The notes: generated from the letters alone by a model not told the origin. Positions 1-11,655 are shown, counted from the stretch's first letter. The stretch is DNA of 64,000 nt from Mustelus asterias (GCF_964213995.1 NC_135815.1:54932001-54996000); one strand, 5' to 3'. Made by a program: numbers and translations.

Positions 1-1284
1 GGAAGAGTGTGCCTGCGCTGATAGTGAAGTGGGGGTAGCAGACAAACATGAGAATCCTCAAGACATGTTGCCATTCTCCAAGTCTCAATTGAGTAATCAA
101 TGTGCCTTCCTTTATCCCTTGTGATGCACTAATGGCATCTCTCTTCTCTTGCAGGAAAAACAGCCAAGCAGCTGGGACCATCCTCGTGCCCCCTAGACCC
201 ACCAGACACGAGCAGCTCTGAGGGAGGCTTCCCAGACCCCATCATGGAAGCAGCCACCCTCACCCAGCACCAGCACAGATACTCACACGTTGGTGGGTTC
301 ACTAAATAGGCAGGCTTCTGGGTTACTCACTGGTGAGCACCTCACAGCTGAAGATCAGCAGCAGGTGGGGGCAGGGATGTTCCAGGGAACAAGCACCCGG
401 ATAGATGCCGGAGGCCAGGACTCTGCTGGACTGTTGGACGATGATATGTCCCTGGGTCCAGTCATCCCAGGTTTGATGGAACTGGAAGGCAGAGTCGCGA
501 GCACCAGGGAGGGATGATAGTATCCCTCCTTGGACTGCAAGGCCGGCTGGAGGAGTCCCATCATCTTCTGCAGCCTGGTCTCTCCCAAAGCAGGACCGCA
601 GGACCTAATAGTCACTCCCAGTACTGCTCCTCAGATGTGACCACCTCCAACCCAGTTTGAAGCTCCAACAAGGAAGGGCATCCTCTCAGCTGCTGTTTGA
701 ACATTAACCCAGTATGGAGGAACTGGGAAGCGATGCCTGCTTGGGGTATCCAGCACATCCCCTTGGAGAAAGAGGTGACCCGATATGAAGGGAAGGTCAG
801 GCCTTTGAGCTACCCACCCATACTCACCCTGTCAAAGGTGACAGTAACCCTCACCCCTGGCCCTGAGTTGCACCTCTGTACACTCACAGCATTCTCCCTG
901 GTGCCCCTTGAGAGTTAGACTGCCCAAGAAGTAATGGCCGCCTGTGCGGCTCACCTCCGATATCCCCCTCAGAGGTGATGGCACGAGGTTCACGCTTATG
1001 TAGAACTGTTGTAAATGGTACCGACATGACGTCACACCAGTGCTAGCTGAATATTTAGTGCAGCCTCAATATCTTGCATGAGTGCTCACGAATGAAATGC
1101 TGATACATTCAAATTAGGTTCCCGCCCTTCCCCAGCGTGTTCTACATCACTCTGCTGGTGAGGTTACTTCAAAATCGGGAAACACAATCTTGCCAATGAC
1201 ATTCATGCTCTCTTCAAACTCTCCACATTTTGAGCCCAAGCTGCCATTCCCGCACATAGAGCGAGTGGGCCCAAGCTCCCACCC
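1..1284. mobile_element. Decayed Harbinger-like DNA transposon remnant (possible Myb/SANT-gene relic, may include other fragments)
   Basis: Splice-acceptor-like tract at ~140-154 followed by decayed GC-rich coding-like sequence resembling 44250-44960. The right end (...aagctcccaccc, ~1284) resembles the GGG(T/C)GG termini of MITEs elsewhere in the window. Confidence 0.3.
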
Positions 1285-2005
1285 ATTCTACATTATGCAA
1301 TGGTTTTAATAATGTAGCTAAGTTAGGAACAAATTTCCCATAATAATTTACTAATCCTAGAAAAGACCTCAATTGCATCACATTCGTCGGACATGGTGCT
1401 TCAGAAATAGCATTCATCCTTTTTGGTGCTTTATTTTAGGTCTTTACTATCAATAATGTGACACAAATAGTGGACTCCCATCTCTAAAATGTCACATTTT
1501 TCTTTCTTGATACGCAGACCTTGTGCTTGAAGACATTCCAGTGTTGCTTCTAATTTATTCAAGTGCTCCTGTTCACTGAACCCTCTGATTAGAATATCAG
1601 CCAATTAACATTGTACACCAGAGAGACTACTTAAAGTTTGAGCTTTGGAATAGGGTTGGTGCGAATAATATTCCAAAAGGCAATCTTTTATAATAAAGAA
1701 GGCATGTATGAGTAATGATGGTAAGCGATAGTTGAGATTCAGTGGCTACATTAATCTGTAAATATGCTTGCAAACAAATCTTCAATTAAAGGAAGTGGAT
1801 ATTGATAAGCACGTAACACTGAATTTATGGTTGTTTTAAAATCAGCACAAATATGAACTGAAACATCTCATTTCATGACAGGTACAATGGGCATAGCCCA
1901 GTCACTCATTGTGACTGGCTCTAACACGCCAGTGTTAACAAGTCATACTCATTCTTCTTCGACCTTGGGATGAATTGCATATGGCACCGCTCTTGCTTTG
2001 AAACT
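1285..2005 (-). mobile_element. Gypsy pol fragment (RT to RT/RNase H connection), pseudogenised
   Basis: ORF 1214-1417 contains AISEAPCPTNVMQLRSFLGLVNYYGKFVPNLATLLKPL, a typical Gypsy motif. Upstream minus-strand sequence carries decayed RT motifs (WAMPIVPV, PFGI). Confidence 0.85.
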
Positions 2006-4229
2006 ACAATAACGATAATGGTAACTGACAATGTCTGTCACTCAGGCTTCTTGTGCGTTTTATTTGCAACAGAGTAACAGGAAGTTTGAATACATGTCGC
2101 AGGTCAAAGGTAAAGGGATATTACAGGTACCATGACACAGAATAACTGCCTCTCTTTGTGGCCCAATTAACCTTCCATACTTTTGACCCGCAAGAGATCA
2201 TTGCAACTTATTGTTGTGAACAGAGCAATATTAATTTACAAGATTAGCCTATGAGAAAATCCATAATAATATTGTAAGAGAGCATATTAATAAAATGTAA
2301 TATCATGCAATATAACCATGCTCTTCATCTGTCTCTGAAAAACACCTCACCTCGGTTTTTGCACTGATCTCAGCTAACAAACAAAAATCACACAAATATT
2401 TTTATAGGCACCATATTCCCAACTTAAATCTGGACCTTGGAAGTGCAAATATAGTTTGTGGATTGTGCAATAAGCAATAAAACTTTAAAAGCATTGTTTT
2501 ATTCCGTCAATGACTTTGCCGAGCCAAAAGGTGACCAGTCACATACTTTCACCAGGCCATGCGGTTTACTGATTAATTGCACTCTGCAAACAGTCCAAGA
2601 AAACTCTCACTACATCTGTCTGGCCATTGGCCACATGTGTACCTAGATCTTTCCCTAAGTGGTCTATGGGCAACAGCAGGACTACAGAAGTCAGAAAGGT
2701 TTTCAGAACAATTTAAAAATTGAAACACGCTTCCCTGGCCAGATGCAAAGCTAATGCATCGCTAACTCACAGCTATTATAGAGGAGGAGGAGTCCTAGCA
2801 TGAACATGAGCAGACTCATTTATGGGTGATTCAACTATGTATAGGCTGTGGAACTTAACCCCATAGTACCTGAAATTCAATAGGTTAGCAGAGATCAAGC
2901 ATTAACTCTTGCTGTACTGACTTTGTGATGGTACAAAATGCAGCTCATACATTGTACTGTTTAACACTGAAAAACAGCAGTAATTCAACAATTCTTAGAA
3001 TGCTCTGTTAGGTGAAGTCAATATAAACCCATTGGGGGAAATGTTGCAGCCCACAGCAGCCTATCTGAAGGCCGGAGACACATTAGAAAAAAAGCAGGAG
3101 GTGAGCCCTTAGGCTATTGAGGCCCTGAGCTGACTAATTAATGGTCATTAGAGGACCTCTTTCCACCTCCACCACTGGGGGGAAGGCTGGGGGAAAGTTG
3201 TCAACCTGCTACTTTTCCTACTCAGGGCAAAAGGTGGGAAGGAAGGTGGGGTACCTCCTCAAGGGTATGCTCCCAGGATGGATCCCTCCACTATAAAATC
3301 CAACATCACGCCCCCACCCACCCCCATGCCACCTACACCTCACTAGGATCCCCACGCCCTCCACGCAGAAGGCATGTTGTCTTATTTTCAGGGCTCACTT
3401 ATAGTTCAATCAGTGGTCACTACTGGATTGCAGAGGGATCCAAGGCCTTGGGTGAGTGAAGGTGGAATGAGAGTTACAGGGTGGGGATCACTTGAGATTG
3501 TGGGCGAAAGATCGGAGGCAAAGGCGGAGGTGGTCACTTTCAGCTGTCATCCTCCAATGCCAGTTCCCTCAATCAGACACAGAGCACCTCATAGCTGGGG
3601 ACTCCTCCCCAGCCCTCAGTGTGTTTTGCTCAGAAGCCTTTCAAAGGTACAGGAGAGCTGTACTGGCTCCACTTAATCCTCGATCCTCCATTAAATTGTG
3701 ATGGACTCAGGGATCATGGATGTCAATGAATGAGCCTAACTGACATCCAGCCAGTGCTGAGATTCTTGCATAAGTCCTTTCCACCCTCTTACTTTATTGG
3801 GGGAGATATTCCTGCCACCAAGAGATTGATTTGAAAAAGTGGGCCCAACAGCCATGGTTTCCACTTTGATGGGCTGTAAAATATCCAGCACCAGAAACTC
3901 AGCTAATGCATTCTTTACGCTGATTGTGATGATGAAGAGAAGGAAAATGATGATTAAAAATAGGGAACCAAAAAGGATAACAAATGCACACCAACCCAGA
4001 TCTGCTCCATGTTCATCTGGCCCAGACCACTCAAACCTAGCCCCATCACTGCCTGATTCTTCACTGTTAGATGTTGGCTCAGATACTTGAAAGGAAATAG
4101 ACAGTGATAGTGAGGAAGTGGTTCCCAGAGGAGGGAGTTGGAGGAGTGGATGAGTAGATGAAGACATGTTACATTTCCACTGACATTTGAGGGGAAAGCT
4201 ATAGACTTATGGAAACTGGGCAACTGTTG

Positions 4230-5335
4230 TGTTTTTATAGTGATATAAATGGACGGCACGGTAGCACAGTGGTTAGCACTGCTGCTTCACAGCTCCAGGG
4301 ATCTGGGTTCGATTCCCGGCTTGGGTCACTGTCTGTGTGGAGTTTGCACATTCTCTTCGTGTCTGCGTGGGTTTCCTCCAGGTGCTTCGGTTTCCTCCCA
4401 CAGTCCAAAGATGTGCGGGTTAGGTTGAATGGCCATGCTAAAATTGCCCCTTAGTGTCTTGAGATGCGTAGGTTAGAGGGATTAGCGGGTAAATGTGTAG
4501 GGATATGGGAGTAGGGCCTGGGTGGGATTGCGGTCGGTGCAGACTCGATGAGCCGAATGGCCTCTTTCTGCACTGTAGGGTTTCTATGATTAAAGGCACT
4601 AATCACTCATAAGGCAGTGAGTGAACATATTGTGGGACAATTTATTTGAGCTATTCACACATATATACATGCATAGAAAGCTCGACAATTCAGAGCTGTG
4701 CTGTGCTCTGCCCACAGGCAAAAATGAAACTGAAACTGGATCACATGACACACTTCCCTTCAAGTGCAATCCTCTAAAAGCATATTATAACATTCCCCTT
4801 TCTTTTTAAAGACATCTGCCCCCCACTTCTTCAGAGGTATAACTACTTACAATAGATGTTCATATTTAGTTACCATTATATATGGACTGGTGAACCTATA
4901 AGGCTCTAAAGCGTAGAGATAATCTGCTAGTCTGGAGGTTTCTTCAATTGTTCACAGTGATCTGTGAGATTGTCATTCTGATTGCATTTGGGATTTAGTT
5001 TTCTATACAATTGAACAGTGGTTGAGGAGCTGGAATGCATTTGATTTGTCTTCAGTTATGTCTGACTGCAGTGCCTTTGTGTATAGTGATTTCACTAGTG
5101 ATTGTTCTGGTTGGCTCAGAACAAATCCTTGTCACCTCAGCTAGTTGCCACATGCCTTCTGTGGAATCCAGAATGTAAATTTGCTATCCCAACAAAGACA
5201 CAGCTAAGGAGTAGCCGGGGGTCTGAGGGTGGTTTCACCTTCACAGCAACACAGGTTGCATCTCTGGTGGTGGTAGGGGAGATGTTACACAATGTCCTGC
5301 AATACCAACTTCAATAGTATCTCGCCACGATGTAT
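4230..5335 (-). mobile_element. 3' end of a Gypsy element: LTR (4230-4792, interrupted by a SINE), PPT and integrase tail
   Basis: On the minus strand, PPT aaaaagaaaggggaa precedes TGTTATAATATGC (4792), and the LTR ends ...tatcactataaaaaCA (4230). Both ends match the LTR at 18443-18681. Internal QIYILDSTEGMWQL resembles QVHIPDPTTG-IWQP of the Gypsy at 14160/18040. Confidence 0.75.
4251..4590 (+). mobile_element. HE1-type V-SINE (tRNA head, CR1/HER1 tail)
   Basis: A box (gcacagtggttagc), B box (ggttcgattcc), V-domain (gtctgcgtgggtttcctcc), and a CR1-like tail ending ttctatga. Confidence 0.92.
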
Positions 5336-5567
5336 GTTGGTGTCAGTTTGGGACTTTCAGGGTCTAATAGCTAACATTGGACCGGCCATCCTGCTAGTCA
5401 GGGGACTAATGGAATAATGATCACGGAAGTCTACCTGCCTGATTCTGCCGCCTCTTGGGCCCACAGGACATGTCAGCCCTCAGGTCTCCCCTTCCACTGG
5501 AATAGCAGTCGCAGCATTAGGGCTGTTCATTCTCTGTCAGCTGTAAAGTGACATGACAGGAGGGTCA

Positions 5568-6180
5568 TGTGGTGAACCATCGTTGGTTCCCACCAGGTAG
5601 TACTGAGCCAGGGTCTGGCCAGTACTATGAGTCTGTATATATGTTGCTGTTGGGGTTAGGGTTGGGTTGTTCTACATGTTACTCTTGGGGTTAGGGTTGG
5701 GCTGTTCTACCTGTATTATAGTTATGATGGTACATCCCAGTCGGGCTCCGCCTCCTGGGAGAGGTATAAAGGTCACTGCTCTGTCTGGGACCCCTCAGTC
5801 TGGGATCGTGTATTATATATGGTAGCTCTATTGTAGTAGTTAATAAAAGCCTTTATTTCCTCGAGCATCTCTAGCCTCGTGAGTTATATCGCGCATCAAT
5901 TTTATTAACTACTACAGTAGAGCTACCATATATAATACACGATCCCAGACTGAGGGGTCCCAGACAGAGCAGTGACCTTTATACCTCTCCCAGGAGGCGG
6001 AGCCCGACTGGGATGTACCATAATAACTATAATACAGGTAGAACAGCCCAACCCTAACCCCAACAGTAACATGTAGAACAACCCAACCCTAACCCCAACA
6101 GCAACATATATACAGACTCATAGCACTGGCCAGACCCTGGCTCAGTACTACCTGGTGGGAACCAATGATGGTTCACCACA
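5568..6180. mobile_element. Palindromic LTR-derived element: full LTR 5568-5898 plus inverted U3-R copy 5900-6180, 5-bp TSD GGTCA
   Basis: 281-bp inverted arms (5568-5848 / 5900-6180) with about 5 mismatches. Termini TG...CA, TATAAA at ~5765, AATAAA at 5842. ggtca at 5563-5567 and 6181-6185. Confidence 0.9.
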
Positions 6181-6249
6181 GGTCACATGACCCTTTTGTA
6201 GGACTGAAGCTGCCACCCGCCTCTCACAATGCTGACCTTTAGATGGCAC

Positions 6250-6402
6250 CTAGGAAAAACAGGAGAACATTCACGCGGTTGATCCCAAATATGAAGAAAT
6301 TTTCTAATAAGGAGAGGTTAAGTAGGTTGGGCCTGTATTCGTTGGAAGAATAAGAGGCAACCTTATTTAGACATATAAGATTCTCAAGGAGCTTGACAGG
6401 GT
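6250..6402 (+). mobile_element. Old CR1 3' fragment, left part (continues at 9458)
   Basis: Decayed ERLSRLGLYSLE..RGNL...YKILKELDRV CR1 C-terminal motif. Confidence 0.75.
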
Positions 6403-6404
6403 TT

Positions 6405-9400
6405 TATGAATTCATTTACGGGATATGAGTGTTGCTGGCTAGGTCAACATTTATTGTCCATCCCTAGTTACCCTCCAGAATGTGGTTGAAGGTTGCCTTC
6501 TTGAACCACTGAAGTCACTGAGGTGTAGGTACACCCACATTGCTATTAGGGAGAGAATTCCAGGATTTTGACCCAGCAACAGTGAAGGAACAGCGATTTA
6601 TTTCCAAATCAGGATGGTGAGTGACTTGGGCCAGAACTTCCAGGTAGTGGTGTTCTCAGAGTATCTGCAGCTCTTGTACTGGTCATGGGTTTGGAAGATG
6701 CTGTCGAAGGAACCTTCATCAGTCCCTCTCGTGCATCTTATAGATGGTACACATTGCTGCTATTGCTTGTCAGTGGTGGAGGTTCTGAGTGTTTGTAGAA
6801 GGGGTAGCAATCAAGCTTAGTCCCGAATGGTGTCAAGCTTGCTGAGTGTTTTTGGAGCTGCACACATCCAGGCAAGTGGAGAGTATTCCATCACACTCCT
6901 GACTTGTGCCTTGTAGATGATGGACAGGCTTTGGGGAGTTTAGGAAATGAGTTCCTTGCCGCAGGATTCCTAGCCTTTGATCTGCTCTGGTAACCACAGT
7001 TTTTATATGGCTAGTCCAGTTCACTTTCTGGTTAATGGTAACCCCCAGGCTGTTGATAGCGGGGATTCAGCGATGGTAATGTCATTGAATGTCAAGGACT
7101 GATGGTTAGATCCTCTCTTGTTGGAGATGGTCATTGCCTGGCACTTGTGTGGCACAAATGTTACTTTCCACTTGTCAGCCCAAGTGAGAATATTGTCCAG
7201 GTCTTGCTGCATTTGGACATGAACTGCCTCAGTATCTGAGGAGTCACGCATAATACTGAACATTGTGTGAACATTCCCAGTTCAGACCTTATGATGGAAG
7301 AAAGGTCACTGATGAAGTAGCTGAAGATGATTGTGCCTAGGTCACCACCCTGAGGAACTCCTGGAGCTGAGATGAATGACCTCCGCCACCACAACCATCT
7401 ACCGTTGTGCTAGGTATGAATCCAACCAGTGGAGTGTTTTCCAGCTGATTCCCATTGAGTCCGGTTTTACTCAGGCTCCTTAATGCCATACTTGGTCAAA
7501 TGCTGACTTGACGTCAAGAGCTGTCACTCTCACCTCATTTCTGGCATTCTGCTCTTCTGTTCATGTTTGAAACAAGGTTGTAATGAGGTCAGGAGCTGAG
7601 AGACACAGGCCGAACCCAAACTGAACATTCACAAGTAAGTTATTGCTTAGTAAGCAGTGCCTGATAGCACTGTTGATGACCTCTTCCATCACTTTACTGA
7701 TGATTGAGAGTAGATTTATGGGGGGGCAGTAATTAGCCAGGTTGGATTTTTCCTGTTTCTTGTGTACAGGACATAACTGGGCAATTTTCCCCATTGCTGG
7801 GTGAATGGCAGTGTTGTAGCTGTACTGGAACATCTTGCCTAGAGGCATGGCAAGTTCTGGAGCACAAATCTTCAGGACTATTGCCGGAATATTGGCAGGG
7901 CCAATAGCCTTTGCAGTATCCATGCCTTCAGCAGTTTCTTGATATCATGTGAAGTGAATCAAATTAACCAAAGACTGACATTTGTGATGCTGGGGACCCC
8001 CCGAAGGAGGCCGAGGTGAATCATCCACTCAGCACTTCTGACTGAAGATTGTTGCAAATGCTTTAGCCTTATCTTTTGCACTGATGTGCTGGGCTCCTCC
8101 GTCCTTGAGGATGGGGATATTTGTGGAGTTTCCTCCTCCAGTAAGTTGTTTAATTGTCCACCACCATTCATGCTGGATGTGGCAGGACTTTAGAGCTTAG
8201 ATCTGATCTGTTGCTTGGGGTTGGCTTAGCTCTGCCTATTACTTGCTGCTTATGCTGTTGGGCATGCAAGTAGTCCTGTGTTGTAACTTCACCAGGTTCA
8301 ACTTCACCAGGTTCAACTTCACCAGGTTGATGCCTCACGTTTAAGTATGTCTGGTGTTGTTCCTGGAATGCCCTCCTGTGCTATTCATTGAAATAGGATT
8401 GATCCCCTGGCTTGAAGGTAATGTTAGAGTGGGAAAGTAGGCTGGTCCATGAAGTTACAGATTGTGGTTGAGTACAATTCTGCTGCTGCTGATGGCCCAC
8501 AGCACCTCATGGATGCCCACTATTGAGTTGCTAGATCTGTTCAAAGTCTATCCCATTGAGCATGGTGGTAGTGCCACACAACACAATGAAGGGCATCCTC
8601 AATGTGAAGACAGCTCTTTGTCTCCACAAGAACTGCGCAGTGGTCACTCCTACTGACACTGCCATGGGCAGATGCATCTGCAGCAGGCGTATTGGTGAGG
8701 ACGAGGTCAAGTAAGCTTTTCCCTCTTGTTGGTTCCCTCACTACCTGCTGAACTTCCAGTCCACCAATTATGTCTTTTAGGACCTGGCCAGCTCAGTATG
8801 TGGTGGTGCTACTGAGTCATTCTTGGTGATGGACATAAATTCCCCACCCAGGGTACATTCTGTGTCATCAGCTGAGGGGGGACAGTACATGATAATCAGC
8901 AGGAGGTTACCTTGCCCATGTTTGACCTTAAGCCATGAGACTTCATGTGGTCCAGAGTTGATGCTGAGAACTCCCAAGGCAACTCCCTCCTGTCTGTAAA
9001 CCGCTATGCTGCCACTTCTGCTGGGTATGTCCTGCTGGTGAAACAGGACATACCCAGGAATAATGATGGTGGTGTCTGTGAGTATGACTATGTCAGGCTG
9101 ACTAGTGTGTGAGAGACAGCTCTCCCAACTTTGGCGCAAGACAGGATAGTCCCTTTGTAGTTGTTGAATACAACTGAGTGGCTTGCTAGGCCATTTCAGA
9201 GGGTATTTAAGAGTCACCCGTATTTCTGTGGATCTGGAGTCACATGTAAGCCAAACCAGGACGAACATTAGTGAGCTAGCTTTTACAACAATTGATAATG
9301 GTTTCATGGACATCATTAGATTTTTAATTCCAGATGTTTTATTGAGTTTAAATTCCACCATCTGCCATGGTGGGGTTTGAACCCGGTTCCCTGGAGGGTT

Positions 9401-9457
9401 ACCCTGGGTCTCTGGATTACTAGTCCAGCGACAATACCACTGCACCATCACCTCCCC
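6405..9457 (-). mobile_element. Decayed APE-RT LINE (CR1/Jockey-group, clade not determined) with a tRNA+Deu SINE-like 5' end
   Basis: APE motifs (QPDIVILT, SGPHEVSW, YCPPS, PTRG..LLDLVLT, SDH) and RT motifs (KA.GP.NIP, QFGF, GVPQG, WADKWKVTF). The 3' tail is shared with Deu-SINEs. 9150-9457 is a tRNA-like head plus Deu domain. Confidence 0.85.
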
Positions 9458-9747
9458 CATGTTGTTTCCCCTTGTGGAGAGTCTGGGACCAGAAGGGATC
9501 ATCTCAGAGTAAGGGGTCGGCCATTTAAGACAGAGATGAAGATGAATTTCTTCTCTCAGAGGGTAATGAATCTATGGAATTCTTGACCATAAAGAGCTTT
9601 AGAAACTGGATTATTAAATGTGTTCAAGGCTGAGGTAGACAGATTTTTAATCAGTTAGGGAATCAAGGGTTGTAGGGAAAAGGCATGAAACTGAAGTTGA
9701 GGATTACTATATCAGTCATGACCTCATTGAATGGTGGAGCAGATTCA
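9458..9747 (+). mobile_element. Old CR1 3' fragment, right part
   Basis: LFPLVES..TR.DHLRVRGRPFKTEMKMNFFSQRVMNLWNS, colinear with 6250-6402. Confidence 0.8.
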
Positions 9748-9943
9748 TATGCAACCTCATAAAAATCAGGCCAAGAAGGTTGCAATTACAGGTGGAGCTC
9801 TGGAAAAGCACGCAAAAATAGCTACTGCGACATTTATCCCAGGTACCATTGGAAAAGGAATGGTTAAAAGAATATTGTCAAAATATCCACAAAATCCCCT
9901 TCCTTCAATTGGAAAGCCATTGACCCACCATCCAAATCCAAAT

Positions 9944-10248
9944 GGGCAGCATAGTGACACAGTGGTTAGCACCTCTGCCTCACAGCGCCAGGGTTCAATT
10001 CCTGGCTTGGGTCATATATGTCTGTGCGGAGTCTGCACATTCTCCCCGTGTCTGTGTGGGTTTCCTCCGGGTGCTGTGGTTTCCTCCCACAGTTTGAAAA
10101 ACATGCTGGTTAGGTGCATTGGCCATGTTACGTTCTCCCTCAGTGTACCCGAACAGGTGCCAGAGTGTGGCGGCTAGGGGGTTTTCACAGTAACTCCATT
10201 GCAGTGTTAATGTAAGACTACTTGTGACACTAATAAATAAACTTTAAA
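9944..10248 (+). mobile_element. V-SINE variant with a non-CR1 tail (ends tgtgacactaataaataaact)
   Basis: Same head and V-domain as HE1 but a different 3' tail. Flanked by a caaat duplication. Confidence 0.88.
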
Positions 10249-11043
10249 CAAATGTGTAAACAGCGTACAGAGCTACAGTTTCTTGACTCAGCTGTGTCCG
10301 AACCAGACATGCAAGCCACAAAAATGTACCTAGCAATTGGGAATGAAGGTCTACACAGGCTGAACATATCAGGATTAACAGCAGAAGAGCTAAAGGATCC
10401 CCAGTCATGTTAAACTTCTGTAGTTATCGATTAGAGTTCATGTCATTTTGAAAACAGCCTACAGAATCCATAGACAATTTTGTCAGCAGGTGCAGAGAAA
10501 AGAGTGCAGACTGCGATTTTTCAAACACAGAGTGAACAGACAGAACTATTGAGTTGGCTAATACATTCACTCCGCTGGAAGAATTCCAGAAAGATCTGCT
10601 AGACAAGCCCAAAATAAGTAACATCGAAGAACCACTCAAGGATGGACGTAAGTACGACATGATCCTTGCAGGTTAATAAAGTTTATAGGTCCTAAGTACA
10701 ATCCCAATATTTGACCCGTTTACTAGAACACCCAAACCTAGCAAGCACGTGGCCTTCTGCATGCACCAAGGAAATACCCAACTTTCCTTCAATTCTGCAA
10801 GGCTTGCAGCAGTCAGGGCCAGTGGCAGTAGCGGTGCACTAAAGCAAAGGTTGCTGCAGCTACAAAGGGTCATGTGCTGAGCAAAACAGATCATACACAA
10901 TGTTACCTTCAAGCAATAAGAATGACCATCGGGTATCCCATCAGAAATACATGAGGTGATTGAGGAATCAAAAAATTATGATGATGCACACGATGAGATG
11001 AAGAGCGGTGAATACATGTTTCACACCATCAATATTGTGCCAA

Positions 11044-11424
11044 AGGAAATGCACATCCTTTCTCAACAGTTCCTTCAGTGACGAAGACCTCTGAACAAAA
11101 TTGATAATGTTTGGAGAGAAGAAATTACAGAGACCTAGACATCTTTGAAGATTTTCCTTCCTCTTGAAGAGTAGGCATGGCTTTAATATCCTCTATTTTA
11201 CTTTGATCAAGATGTACGTCAGTGCTGGAATAAATAGAACTGAAGAAATTGACCTGTTGCATGTTGATGTTGTATTTCAGACTGTTGACACCAATGCTTC
11301 ATTATGTACCACTTGCTTCAACATGTGCAGATTATGGTCATGTTCTTGCTTTGTTCTTCCCACAATAACAATGCCACCGGTGATACAGTGGTGCATCGAT
11401 GGTTCAGTGCATGTAATGCCATCC
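11044..11424 (-). repeat. Inverted copy of the Gypsy RT segment 12385-12760
   Basis: The reverse complement aligns along its length (roughly 85% by eye). The ORF track shows matching peptides at 11164(+) and 12350/12379(-). Confidence 0.9.
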
Positions 11425-11550
11425 ATGTGGAAAATATAGATGCCATCATACCATCTAATGTGTTTGCCAATGTTAAATGATCTGTCCTAAGAAAGTTGAC
11501 AACCACTCATTCTTGGCCAAGATTGACACAGAGCCAAGTACCAACAAACT

Positions 11551-11655
11551 TGCCAAACTTTTACCGCTTTGCCTGCACGAGGCCAATGGAGAATGCTGTT
11601 CAGCGAGTCTCATCCACCCCGATTCTGGGGCAGGCGTGCCGGTAAAATTCTGGCA
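11551..11655. mobile_element. Short Harbinger-type MITE inside the Gypsy protease
   Basis: Imperfect TIR tgccaaacttttaccg ... cggtaaaattctggca, splitting the protease reading frame. Confidence 0.55.

Noticed and set aside
3374-4229. Overlapping ORFs up to 143 aa
   Set aside because: Low-complexity translations without diagnostic motifs. Probably decayed transposon sequence that I cannot classify.
4251-4325. tRNA-like A/B boxes here and in the other SINE heads
   Set aside because: They continue into V or Deu SINE bodies and LINE tails, so they are not tRNA genes.
5568-6180. DIRS inverted-LTR element or assembly foldback artefact
   Set aside because: TG...CA ends with a 5-bp TSD do not fit DIRS. 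The arm mismatches and the unique flanks beyond the TSD argue against an artefact, though read confirmation is still needed.
8285-8328. 15-bp unit repeated three times; also a 17-bp duplication at ~32522-32555
   Set aside because: Ordinary slippage duplications with no spacers. Not CRISPR-like.
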